A stretch of DNA of 42,585 bases from a virus (Duplodnaviria; Caudoviricetes), in IMG/VR virus record IMGVR_UViG_3300032373_000784, positions 1 to 42,585 of that record; one strand, written 5' to 3'. The notes beneath the pieces were generated by a model that did no database searches, was not told the origin of the DNA, and saw only the letters and a list, made by a program, of their open reading frames with translations. Position numbers and translations under genes: made by a program. Below, one piece after another: positions 17,825 to 27,217 of the stretch (position 1 is the first letter of the stretch; every line of letters begins with the position of its first letter).

Positions 17825-18089
17825 GGACGATCTGAAAATGGGCCAGTGGGTTCTTGAGCAACGGCAGCGGTCGCCAGCGGTGCCGTGGAAGGTCTTGATG
17901 CGTCAGACTGGCTTGAGCAGGGCCACCCTAAATCGTTATGCCAATGCCTGTCGCCAGAGCCCGACCCTTGAGGTGGTTGCGCAGCAGGTGGTGGCGTCGA
18001 TCAAAACTCATTTGACTGGCGATGGCATTGCGCGGGTTGAGGTTAATGGCGAAACCATCGCGGTGATGATGGATATCGATGTTGGCTAA
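17808..18089 (+). CDS. Small HTH protein
   Basis: WKVLMRQTGLSRATLNRY HTH pattern. Confidence 0.55.
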   Translation: MRSLTEDDLKMGQWVLEQRQRSPAVPWKVLMRQTGLSRATLNRYANACRQSPTLEVVAQQVVASIKTHLTGDGIARVEVNGETIAVMMDIDVG

Positions 18090-18187
18090 TGTGTCTCTGA
18101 GACATCTGGCCGCTGGTGTTTGAGGGGGAAAAGCGTTTTTAACTGGAACATCCAATGAAATAAACCGCGATGTTTCCGGAGGCCTTT

Positions 18188-18394
18188 ATGGGCGGAATGT
18201 TCAGTCCCAGTATGCCAGCATTACCAGCCGCCACCCCGGTGCCGGACGATAAAGACCCGGCGATCGAGGAAGCGCGGCGCAAGGAAGTGATCGCGGCGCG
18301 TAAGGCCAAGGGGCGTGCGGCGACGTTGCTCACCGGCGGCACTGGTGTATCCGGTCAAGCCAACGTTCAAAGCAAAAGCCTTTTGGGCGGGTGA
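18188..18394 (+). CDS. Small putative virion protein
   Basis: MGG..P.P...GRAATLLTG...LLG, typical of the gene preceding the portal in this podovirus type. Confidence 0.7.
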   Translation: MGGMFSPSMPALPAATPVPDDKDPAIEEARRKEVIAARKAKGRAATLLTGGTGVSGQANVQSKSLLGG

Positions 18395-18404
18395 GGCGCG
18401 GGTC

Positions 18405-20060
18405 GTGGGAACTCTCAACGCCAACCAGTTGATCAAGGGTGCGGAAGATAAAAAATCCGCGCGCACCCCTTTTGAACGGGATTGGCAACGCATCAACAAA
18501 CTGATCTATCCATTGGGCACCGGGTTCGGTGGCGATACGGCTTTGGGTGCATCGTCGCATGAGGCTGTGCTGGACAACACCGCCGAGCTGGCCTCTGAGC
18601 TTTTGGCGGCCGCCTTGCACGGCATGCTCACCAATCCGGCGACCAAGTGGTTCGCCATCCGTGCGCAAAACGACAAACTGAATGAGAACGAGCGCGTCGC
18701 CGTGTGGCTGGAACAAGTCGCCGGCATCATGTATTCGGTGTTCAATTCCCCGCGCTTGAATTTTGCGCCCCAGCAGCACGAAAAAAACATGGACCTGGTC
18801 AATTACGGCACCGGGTGCATGTTCATCGCCGAGAAAAATGGCGAGTGGCCGATCTTTCAGACGCGCGCGTTATCGGAAATCTATTTGGGCGAAGACGGCG
18901 AGGGCCGGGTCGATAAGGTCGATCGCTGGTTTAAGTTGTCTGCAGAGCAGGCCGTCAGCAAGTTCAAAGGTAATCCGGGCGACAAAGTGGCAGAGTTTGC
19001 GGCCAGTGACGATCCTAAAAAGCGTGCACATGAATTTGAATTCATCCATTGCACGGGTCCGCGTACCGAACGGGATCCAGGTAAGGGCGATAATCTCAAC
19101 ATGCCGTTTATGTCGGCGTACGTGAACGTCGATGAAAAACATTTGATTTCCGAAAGTGGATATCCCGAATGGCCGTGGACCACGCCACGTTGGACCAAGC
19201 GCGCGCGTGAGCCCTATGGCCGCGGCTGTGGTCATAAGGCCATGCGCGACACCAGCATGTTGCAGCGATCGATGAAGGTGCAGATCCGCGGCGTCGAAAA
19301 GCTGGTCGATCCGCCCTTGCAGGTTCCCGATGATGGCGTGTTCGGATCTATTCGTATGACGTCCGCGGCGATCAATCATGTGCGTGCGGATTTGCTGCAG
19401 TATCCGGGGGGCGGTATTCGCCCGATCTCAACCGGCGCCCGGCCGGATATCGGCGAAGACTTCATGGGTGGATCGCGTGAACGGATCGAACGGTCGTTTT
19501 ACAACCACCTTCTGCAGATGATGCGCGATCCGCGTATGACCGCAACCCAGGTGATCCAGATCGCCGAAGAAACGCTCCGCGTGCTGGGTCCGATGCTGGG
19601 GCGGATGCAAAGCGAAGATCTCGGCCCGATGGTCGATCGGGTGTTCGCGATTTTGCAACGCGCGGGGGCTTTTCCACCGCCGCCGCCGGAATTGGACAAC
19701 CAAGAGCTCAAGGTCGAATACGTTTCGCCGGTGGCCAAGGCTCAGCGCCTTTCCGAAGCGCGCGGCGTGACGCAAACCTTGGAAGTCATGGCGCCGATCA
19801 TCCAGGCCGACCCCACCGTGTTGGACAATGTCGAAAACGATCTGACGTTCCGTCATGTGGCGGAGCTGTTCGATTGGCCGATGGACACGCTTCGCGCGGC
19901 CGATCGCGTGATCGAGATCCGCAAGGGCCGCGCCGAGGCCGCCCAGCAAGAAGCACAAAAACAAGATTTGATCGAGGGCGCGGGTGCCGCGGCGAAATTG
20001 TTGCCAGCTATGGCCGGTGGAAATGGCGGCATGGGTGCGGCCCAAGGGGGTGTGCAATGA
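18405..20060 (+). CDS. Portal (head-to-tail connector) protein
   Basis: LTNPATKWF, YGRG, MTATQV, VEYVSP.A.AQ motifs of T7/BPP-1-type portals; start approximate. Confidence 0.9.
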   Translation: MGTLNANQLIKGAEDKKSARTPFERDWQRINKLIYPLGTGFGGDTALGASSHEAVLDNTAELASELLAAALHGMLTNPATKWFAIRAQNDKLNENERVAVWLEQVAGIMYSVFNSPRLNFAPQQHEKNMDLVNYGTGCMFIAEKNGEWPIFQTRALSEIYLGEDGEGRVDKVDRWFKLSAEQAVSKFKGNPGDKVAEFAASDDPKKRAHEFEFIHCTGPRTERDPGKGDNLNMPFMSAYVNVDEKHLISESGYPEWPWTTPRWTKRAREPYGRGCGHKAMRDTSMLQRSMKVQIRGVEKLVDPPLQVPDDGVFGSIRMTSAAINHVRADLLQYPGGGIRPISTGARPDIGEDFMGGSRERIERSFYNHLLQMMRDPRMTATQVIQIAEETLRVLGPMLGRMQSEDLGPMVDRVFAILQRAGAFPPPPPELDNQELKVEYVSPVAKAQRLSEARGVTQTLEVMAPIIQADPTVLDNVENDLTFRHVAELFDWPMDTLRAADRVIEIRKGRAEAAQQEAQKQDLIEGAGAAAKLLPAMAGGNGGMGAAQGGVQ

Positions 20061-20365
20061 GCCGCCTTGATGACCTGAAACAAAAAATCGCCGATGCCCT
20101 TTGGGTGCGTGATCGTTACGCCAAGGTGTTCGCGGGCGACGATGGCCAGTGGGTTTTGAACGATATCTTGCGCCGCGCCGGAATTGGCGCGGATCCGTAC
20201 GTGCCAGGCGTGGAAAGCGGGACTTTGTACAACGTCGGCCGCCAATCCATGGGCGCGACGATCATCAAGATTTTGAATTTGTCCGAGGTCGATGTGCGGC
20301 GTCGGATTTTAGAGCAGCAAGACGATACGAATTTTAATCAGGAGGACACAAGTTATGACCGATGA
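20057..20365 (+). CDS. Bbp19-like phage protein
   Basis: Y.KVF..DDGQWVL.D...YNVGRQ pattern; between portal and scaffold. Confidence 0.7.
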   Translation: MSRLDDLKQKIADALWVRDRYAKVFAGDDGQWVLNDILRRAGIGADPYVPGVESGTLYNVGRQSMGATIIKILNLSEVDVRRRILEQQDDTNFNQEDTSYDR

Positions 20366-21260
20366 GACTTTGAACGGTGAAGGCGGTGATGCAAACGTAA
20401 GTTTGGATGGGGGTCCAGGTGCAACGACGTCCTCCGGTGCACCGGGCGGCGCGGCGGGGGATGGTGGCGACGCCGCCCCCGCCAGCAGCTGGATGAAGGA
20501 TCAGCTTTCGCCGGCCAACCGAGCGGCTTTGGAGCCGAAAAACTTCGCCGATAACGATGCCTTGGCCGCGGCTTACCTGAACCTTGAAAAAACCGTGGGT
20601 ATGAAGGGGGTTCCCCTTCCTGGCGAAGACGCCACCCCGGAAGAGATGAACAAATTTTATGAAGCCATCGGCCGCCCGGCGGAGCCCAGCGAATACGTGT
20701 TCGCGATGCCCGAAGGCGTCGAGGCGTCCCAAAGCGATCTGGCCTTTCAGAGCGGCATGGCGCCGGTGTTGCACAAAGCTGGCCTCACCCAGGCCCAGGT
20801 CGCGGTTCTGAATGAAGGCTGGAACGAAATGAACGCGAGCGCGGCCCAGGCCTACAGCGAGCGTCTTGATCAGGAATTCACGGCGGCGGAAACGGCGCTG
20901 AAAAAAGATCTTGGCGCGGCGTACGACGCCAAGATGGAAGCTGGAAATTTGGCCGTGCGCACGCTGGGCGGTGAGGAATTGGCCGACTATCTGGCGGAAA
21001 GCGGCCTCGGTCGCGATCCGCGTTTCTTGAAGTTTCTGGTCGCGGCGGGCGAAAGCTTGTCCGGCGACGGTGCTTTGGTCGATGGCAATACTGTGGCGGG
21101 GGTCTCGACGCCGGCGCAGGCAAAGGCCGAGATTTCCCGTCTCGAAAGCGACCCTGATTTTGCCAAGGTGTTCTTGGACAAAAGCCATCCCGAGTACAAA
21201 GCGGCCGTTGAAAAAATGCAGCGCCTGCAGGCGTTGGCGAACAATGCGGGGGGCTCATGA
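20355..21260 (+). CDS. Capsid scaffolding/assembly protein
   Basis: Acidic flexible N-terminus, YLNLEK.VG, IGRP, AGLT..Q; upstream of the capsid gene. Confidence 0.75.
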   Translation: MTDETLNGEGGDANVSLDGGPGATTSSGAPGGAAGDGGDAAPASSWMKDQLSPANRAALEPKNFADNDALAAAYLNLEKTVGMKGVPLPGEDATPEEMNKFYEAIGRPAEPSEYVFAMPEGVEASQSDLAFQSGMAPVLHKAGLTQAQVAVLNEGWNEMNASAAQAYSERLDQEFTAAETALKKDLGAAYDAKMEAGNLAVRTLGGEELADYLAESGLGRDPRFLKFLVAAGESLSGDGALVDGNTVAGVSTPAQAKAEISRLESDPDFAKVFLDKSHPEYKAAVEKMQRLQALANNAGGS

Positions 21261-21688
21261 CGCAACGTCAAATCACCCTCGAATGTTTGCGTTTGGCGCG
21301 CTCTGGCGCGGCGGCGATCGGTAATATCAAGGATCTGCAGAGCGCGGTGAATGTGTTGCTGCGGATCGTGGTCGGTGATCGCGTGCGCCAAGATGAGCTT
21401 GCGCAAGCCATCATCCGCGCCCCGCGTCAAAACGTTCTTGTAAAGTTTATTGCGCGGGTTCAGGCGGCGATCGAAAGCAGTGATCGTGATGTTCTTGATG
21501 ATGCGGAGCTGCGGCTCGAATGCATGCGCCTGGCCTTTGGGGAAGGCCTTGGACTGGGTGACGTCGACGCGCTGCAGGACAAGGTCGACCTCTATTTTGA
21601 AATTGTCGCCGGGCAGAACATCTTGCCCGCGACCAATCCGGGCAACCCCAAAAAACGCGGCAAAGGGTCGCGTGCAGGGTCCGGTTGA
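21257..21688 (+). CDS. Hypothetical protein with internal repeat
   Basis: LECLRLA/LECMRLA duplicated; ATGA overlap. Confidence 0.6.
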   Translation: MTQRQITLECLRLARSGAAAIGNIKDLQSAVNVLLRIVVGDRVRQDELAQAIIRAPRQNVLVKFIARVQAAIESSDRDVLDDAELRLECMRLAFGEGLGLGDVDALQDKVDLYFEIVAGQNILPATNPGNPKKRGKGSRAGSG

Positions 21689-21800
21689 CCGCCTGAAAGT
21701 AGGCCGCGGACGGCGCGCGTAGTCGCCGAGGATGGGTCTGTGGCTTCGGTCGGCAGGCAACCTCTCCGCCATCTGGAAAATGGAAACTTAGGAGGGACAG

Positions 21801-22703
21801 ATGTCCGACCAAATCACCACCGCCATGGTGGATACCTACAAATCCGGTTTGACCATGCTCGCGCAGCAAAAGCAGAGCAAGTTGCTTGGTCGTGTTCGTG
21901 TTGAGCATGACACCGGCAAGCGTGTGTCGTTCGATCAGATCGGTGCCGTGAAAGCGCGCAAGAAGACTGAGCGTAACGGCGACACCAAATACATCAACAC
22001 GCCGCACAAGCGGCGCTGGGCAACTCACGAAGATTTTGAGATCGCCGACTTGATGGACAAGTTCGACGTGATCAAAATCCTCAACCAGCCCGGCGGCGAA
22101 TACGCCAAGGCGTTTATCGCGGCGTTGAACCGTGAGCGTGACACTTCGATCCTTGCGGCTGCGCTGGGCACCGCCTACACCGGCGAAACCGGTTTGACGG
22201 GTGTGGCCTTGCCTGCGGCACAGAAAATCGCGGTCGGTGGCACGGGTTTCACCTATGCCAAAGTCGAAGAAGCGATGGATATTCTGGCCGGTGGCAACGC
22301 CGTCGATCCCGATAGCGAACTGACCATCGCCTGGACCCGCAAGCAAGAAAAAGAATTCCTGCAAAATGCCGAGGTCAAGTCGATCGATTACAACACCCAA
22401 AAAGTGTTGGTGAAAGGTGGCATGGGCGATGCGCCGTTTTATGGCTTCACCTATGTGCGGTTGGAAGACTGGACCGACGAAGAAGGCGCCACCAACCAAA
22501 TCATCCCTAAATCCGGCACCACGCGGTCGTGTGTGGCGTGGGTCAAAAACGGTTTGTTGCTGAATGAGCCTGGTCCTTCGGAAGTTCTGGTTGATCGCAT
22601 GCCCGGTAAAGGCCAGGCAACGCAAATCTGGTCCGGTGCCTCGTTCGCGGCCACCCGCATGCAGGAAAGCATGGTGGTGCAGATCGACGTTCTCGAAGCC
22701 TAA
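21801..22703 (+). CDS. Major capsid protein
   Basis: MLAQQKQSKL, NTPHKRRW, ATRMQE..VV; strong RBS; position in head module. Confidence 0.85.
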   Translation: MSDQITTAMVDTYKSGLTMLAQQKQSKLLGRVRVEHDTGKRVSFDQIGAVKARKKTERNGDTKYINTPHKRRWATHEDFEIADLMDKFDVIKILNQPGGEYAKAFIAALNRERDTSILAAALGTAYTGETGLTGVALPAAQKIAVGGTGFTYAKVEEAMDILAGGNAVDPDSELTIAWTRKQEKEFLQNAEVKSIDYNTQKVLVKGGMGDAPFYGFTYVRLEDWTDEEGATNQIIPKSGTTRSCVAWVKNGLLLNEPGPSEVLVDRMPGKGQATQIWSGASFAATRMQESMVVQIDVLEA

Positions 22704-22709
22704 GCCTTC

Positions 22710-22735
22710 GTCGCCTCGCCTTCGGGCGGGGTGAC
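22710..22735 (+). terminator. UUCG hairpin after the capsid gene (terminator or mRNA stabiliser)
   Basis: GTCGCCTCGCC-TTCG-GGCGGGGTGAC; U-tract weak. Confidence 0.5.
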
Positions 22736-22778
22736 TGGCGCTGGTTTGAATGAAACTGAAAATTGATGGAGGCCTGTC

Positions 22779-23213
22779 ATGGCTGAACACAAATCTGACC
22801 AAATCACCAACAGCGATGCGACGCCGAAGGTGATGAACAAGTCCAATATCTCCGGCGGTCGCGTGCGTCGCCAGGGTTTTACCTTCACCGTGCCGACGGG
22901 TGGTGTGGCGATCGCCGACACCATCCAGTTTTGCAAAGTGCCGTCCGGCGCCCGCTTCATGGGTGGCGAGTTGCAGCACGACGACGTCGGCGCCGCCACC
23001 GCCACGCTGGCGATCGGCGACGGCACCACGGCCGCAAAATATGCCGCGGCCGAGGTCGTTGACGCCGCCGGTGGCATCACCTTCGGCAAAACCCTGGCGC
23101 TCGGCTTTATGGACGAGCTTTCCGGTGAGCTGACCTTGACGGGCACCGTTGCCGTTGCCGCTTTGACCGCCGGTAAGGTGATCAAGGGCTACGTCGAATT
23201 CATGGCCGATTGA
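22779..23213 (+). CDS. Capsid decoration/cement-like protein
   Basis: 144 aa, beta-rich Ala/Thr/Gly composition, directly after the capsid gene. Confidence 0.6.
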   Translation: MAEHKSDQITNSDATPKVMNKSNISGGRVRRQGFTFTVPTGGVAIADTIQFCKVPSGARFMGGELQHDDVGAATATLAIGDGTTAAKYAAAEVVDAAGGITFGKTLALGFMDELSGELTLTGTVAVAALTAGKVIKGYVEFMAD

Positions 23214-23275
23214 TCGGTTGTTTCATCGGTTGTTTCGGGGCGGCGGAGATTTCGCCGTCCCGCCTTCGGGGGTAA

Positions 23276-23851
23276 ATGGCTATGACGGACGTTACGGGAA
23301 TTGCAAATATCTGCCTGGTGGAGCTGGGCCAGGAGCCGATCACCGAGCTCGGTGAGGGGTCTGACCGCGCCAATGTGTTGCAGAGCAATTTCGATCTTGT
23401 TCGTGATGCCGTACTGCGTGCCCATCCGTGGAATTCCGCGCGGGCGCGGAAAATAATTGCGGTCGATCAAACCGCGCCGGTTTTCGGTTTCAGCTATCGC
23501 TATCCTTTGCCGCCAAAGCCGTATTGCTTGCGGGTGTTGACGGTGGGCGGCAACGCCAGCGGTTGGAAAGTCGAAGGGCGTTGGATCCTCACTGATATGA
23601 GCGGTCCGGTTGAAGTTGAGTTTATCGCCCGGCCTGAAAGCGCAGAAGATTTTGACCCGATGTTGGCGGAGGTGATCGGTCTCAAGCTGGCCGAGCGGTG
23701 CGCCTATCGTCTGACCAATTCCCGCAGCAAAGAAGAACGCGCCGCGAAAAAAGCCGCCGATGCCCTTCGCGATGCCCGTTCCGCCGATGGCCAGGAAGGC
23801 ACGCCGGATGAGCTTCCGGAAAGCGAGATCCTGATGTCGAGGTACGACTGA
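23276..23851 (+). CDS. Tail tubular protein A / adaptor (T7 gp11-like)
   Basis: IANICLVELG..PI, VLRAHPWN, Y.YPLP, FDPML motifs. Confidence 0.8.
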   Translation: MAMTDVTGIANICLVELGQEPITELGEGSDRANVLQSNFDLVRDAVLRAHPWNSARARKIIAVDQTAPVFGFSYRYPLPPKPYCLRVLTVGGNASGWKVEGRWILTDMSGPVEVEFIARPESAEDFDPMLAEVIGLKLAERCAYRLTNSRSKEERAAKKAADALRDARSADGQEGTPDELPESEILMSRYD

Positions 23852-26259
23852 TGGCCACACGCACCACGCCCAATAAGTCCAGTTTCAACGCCGGTGAGTT
23901 TTCGCCGATGTTGTCCGGGCGCGAAGATCTCGACAGTCACCAAAACTCAAACCAGATCATGGAAAATATGATCGGTACGCCGTGGGGCCCGGCGATGAGG
24001 CGCCCCGGCACGCGGTTCATTTGTGAGGTCAAGGACAGCGCCAAAACGGTGCGGTTGCTTGATTTTGAATTCGGTGAAGAACAGGCCTACTGCCTTGAGG
24101 TCGGTGAAGGGTATTTCCGCTTTATCAAGGATCAAGGCCAGATCTGGGTCGATGCCACCGATGCGGTGATCGTCAACGGTGACTTTGGTGCCGGTGTTTC
24201 CAGTTGGGCGGATGTCTCGACGGGTGGCGCGGCAACGATTTCCCACGATGCAACGAATGGGCGCCTGAACCTGGACGGTGACGGTGTCAACATCGCGCGG
24301 GCCGAGCAATCGGTCGTTACCAGCAAGATGGGCCAAGAGCACGTCTTGCGCTTCCGGGTTTTGGGTGCGGCGGGCGATGTGGTGCAGCTGGGTATCGGAA
24401 CGACCAGCGGTGGTGCGGAGATCCTGGCCGCTCGCGATTGCTCGGTGGGGTGGTATGCGGTGGCGTTCACGCCTACGGCTTCGCCATTCTACGTTCACTT
24501 TTCCAATGCGTTGGGCAAAACCCTGCAGATCGATGATGTATCTTTGATTGATGATGCGCCCGTGGAGCTGGCCGGGCCGTTGGGGGAGATCCAACTGGCG
24601 CGGGTGATGCACAATCAATCGGCGGACACGTTGTATGTCAATCATGGAGATCATCCGTCGATGCGGCTCGAGCGGCGCGGCCATGCCGATTGGGCATTGG
24701 TGGAGATTGCCTTCATCGATGGCCCGTATCTGGATGAAAATATCGACACCGCGTTGACCTTGACGCCAAGCGCCGTCACCGGCTTGGGGGAGACGCTCAC
24801 GGCGTCCAAGGATCTGTTCGTCGCCGCCGATGTGGGGCGTTTGGTGCGGCTCAGCCATGCTGCCACTTGGGGGTATGCGCGGATCGTTGCGTACGTTTCG
24901 CCCACGGTAGCGACCATCGATATCAAATCAGATTTCGGCGCGATCACCGCAACCGACACTTGGAAGCTGGGTATCTGGTCGGAGACCACCGGATATCCGG
25001 TGGCATCGACTTTTCATCAAGAGCGGTTGGTGTTCGGCGGCGCATCGAAGATCCGCCCCAGTGGCGTGTATGCCTCCAAACCGGGAGATTTTTACAACAT
25101 GACGCCCGGTGGTGCCGATGGTGATCCGTTGGCGTTTAACCTGCTGGCCAACAAGTCCCAGGCGATCCGTTGGTTGGCGTCGGCGAAAAAGTTGGTGGCC
25201 GGCACGCAATCGGCCGAAGCAATCATCCGCGGCGATACTGATAAGGCCATTTTGACGCCGACCAACATCGATCGCGATTTCGACACCAGCGCCGGGTCTT
25301 CGCATGTCGCGCCGGTCGAAACGGAAAACGCGACCCTGTTCGTCCAGCGCCACGGTCGCAAGGTCAAAGAGCTGGCCTACTCCTTGGAAGCCGACGGCAT
25401 GCGTTCGCCGGACATGACCATTCGCGCCAGCCACATCACCAAAACCGGGATCAAGTCTCTGGCTTATCAGAAAGAGCCGTGGTCCGTGATTTGGGGTTGT
25501 CGCAATGATGGCTTGTTGATCGCCATGACATACGAGCGTGAGGAAAAGGTGGTCGGATGGCACCGTCACCCGGTCGGTGGACAGTTCAATGATGGCCCGC
25601 CGCGCGTCGAAGATCTCATTTCTATCCCCGGCGAAGGGCGCGACGAACCGTATTTGTTGGTCAAGCGCACCATCAATGGCGTGACCAAGCGTTACATCGA
25701 AATGATCGAGGCCCACGACGAAGACGAAGACGATCAGGCAGATGCTTTTTATGTCGATTGCGGGTTCACGTATTCGGGGGCGGCAACCACGACGATTTCG
25801 GGGCTCGATCCCCTGGAAGGTGAAACGGTCGTGGTTTTAGCTGGTGGCGCACGTCACCCGGACTGTGTCGTTACAGGCGGGCAGATCTCCCTCGAATATC
25901 CAGTGACCAAGGCCCAGATCGGTCTCGGTTCTCGTTGGGTGTTGGTGCCCCAGCGGTTTGTGGCGGGGTCGCGTGAAGGCACATCGATGGGCAAGCCAAA
26001 GCGCTATGACCGCGTCGATGTGTTCATGCATCGTACCCTTGATGTGAAGATGGGGCCGAGCCTGGACAAGGCGGAAGTGGTCAATTTTCGCGAAGTCGGT
26101 CACGCAATGGATACGGCGATCCCGTTGTTCACCGGGGTGAAGTCCATCACCTATCCCGGAAGTCACGACAAAGACGGCAGTGTTTATTTGAGCGGCGACG
26201 GCCCGTTCCCGGCGACGATCACCAACATGATCCCGCGCATCGGCACGGATGAGGGGTGA
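23851..26259 (+). CDS. Tail tubular protein B / nozzle (T7 gp12-like)
   Basis: SFNAGEFSP, RRPGTRF, YP...FHQERLVFG, GWHRH motifs. Confidence 0.85.
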   Translation: MATRTTPNKSSFNAGEFSPMLSGREDLDSHQNSNQIMENMIGTPWGPAMRRPGTRFICEVKDSAKTVRLLDFEFGEEQAYCLEVGEGYFRFIKDQGQIWVDATDAVIVNGDFGAGVSSWADVSTGGAATISHDATNGRLNLDGDGVNIARAEQSVVTSKMGQEHVLRFRVLGAAGDVVQLGIGTTSGGAEILAARDCSVGWYAVAFTPTASPFYVHFSNALGKTLQIDDVSLIDDAPVELAGPLGEIQLARVMHNQSADTLYVNHGDHPSMRLERRGHADWALVEIAFIDGPYLDENIDTALTLTPSAVTGLGETLTASKDLFVAADVGRLVRLSHAATWGYARIVAYVSPTVATIDIKSDFGAITATDTWKLGIWSETTGYPVASTFHQERLVFGGASKIRPSGVYASKPGDFYNMTPGGADGDPLAFNLLANKSQAIRWLASAKKLVAGTQSAEAIIRGDTDKAILTPTNIDRDFDTSAGSSHVAPVETENATLFVQRHGRKVKELAYSLEADGMRSPDMTIRASHITKTGIKSLAYQKEPWSVIWGCRNDGLLIAMTYEREEKVVGWHRHPVGGQFNDGPPRVEDLISIPGEGRDEPYLLVKRTINGVTKRYIEMIEAHDEDEDDQADAFYVDCGFTYSGAATTTISGLDPLEGETVVVLAGGARHPDCVVTGGQISLEYPVTKAQIGLGSRWVLVPQRFVAGSREGTSMGKPKRYDRVDVFMHRTLDVKMGPSLDKAEVVNFREVGHAMDTAIPLFTGVKSITYPGSHDKDGSVYLSGDGPFPATITNMIPRIGTDEG

Positions 26260-26711
26260 CGATGATCGAATTTATCCCCTTCAAACCGGATCACTTGGTC
26301 GGCCTCAACCTGCAGCCGGTGCAAGCCTATTTCCAAACCAGTCTGCTCGATCCGGAGTACGGCAAATATCTCAGCGTTCCGGGCTTGAGCTGGTCGGGTG
26401 AGATCGACGGCGCGGTGGTCGGCTCGGCGGGCGTGATCCAGCGCTGGCCAGGTCGTGCGAAGGTCTGGGCTTTGTTCGGTCAATCCATCCCGTTGAAGGC
26501 TTGGGTTCCGATCACGCGGTTTGTGGAGAAGGTCTTGTCGGATGCCCATGGCGCCGGTGTGCGGCGTCTTGAGGCGGTGGTGGATCCGCACCACGCCGCG
26601 GGCGTGCGCTGGGCCGAGCGGCTCGGTTTCATCTGCGAAACGCCTTGGGGCATGGATGGCTACGGCGCGGACGGAAAAAACTATCTTTTGTTTGCGAGGG
26701 TGCGTCCATGA
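26256..26711 (+). CDS. GNAT-like virion-associated protein (T7 gp13-like position)
   Basis: RRLEAVV...GVRWAERLGF GNAT-like motif; follows the nozzle gene. Confidence 0.65.
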   Translation: MTMIEFIPFKPDHLVGLNLQPVQAYFQTSLLDPEYGKYLSVPGLSWSGEIDGAVVGSAGVIQRWPGRAKVWALFGQSIPLKAWVPITRFVEKVLSDAHGAGVRRLEAVVDPHHAAGVRWAERLGFICETPWGMDGYGADGKNYLLFARVRP

Positions 26712-27217
26712 CAGGCATTGAGATTGGTGTAATTGCCGGAAGCGCCGTCACGGTTGGTGACGCGATGATGGTTGCCGGTGCGGTGATGAGCGCCACGCAA
26801 ATGATGGCCGGTGGTGCGCAAGCCAGCGCCACGGCCAAATACAATGCCGGTGTTCAAGAGATCGAGGCGATCAACGCCAAAAACGCGGCGGATTATGAAG
26901 AAAAGCTCCATCGCCAGCGTGGTGAAAGTTTGCTTTCGGCTCAACGTGCCGCCATCGGCGCGTCTGGTGTGGGCCTTGAAGGTTCGGCGTTGTTGTCGCT
27001 GGAAGAAAGCGCCATGGAGCTGGAAAAGGATGCGCTTGCGATCCGCTATTCCGGCACGGTCGCGGCGGCACGGGCGCGTTCCCAAGCGGCGGCGGACCGG
27101 GTTGCTGGTCGCGCGGCGAAAACCGCCGGCATGTGGGGCGCGGGCAAATCGTTGCTCACCGGCGCCTCAAAAATCGGCTGGTCTCCAAGCTCGGATGGTA
27201 TGGGGGTTGAGGACTGA
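26708..27217 (+). CDS. Internal virion/ejection protein (gp14-like)
   Basis: Ala/Gly-rich, hydrophobic N-terminus, GASGV.LEGS motif. Confidence 0.7.
   Translation: MTGIEIGVIAGSAVTVGDAMMVAGAVMSATQMMAGGAQASATAKYNAGVQEIEAINAKNAADYEEKLHRQRGESLLSAQRAAIGASGVGLEGSALLSLEESAMELEKDALAIRYSGTVAAARARSQAAADRVAGRAAKTAGMWGAGKSLLTGASKIGWSPSSDGMGVED

Noticed and set aside
21447-22979. 510-aa minus-strand ORF
   Set aside because: Shadow of the capsid-region genes with no independent signals
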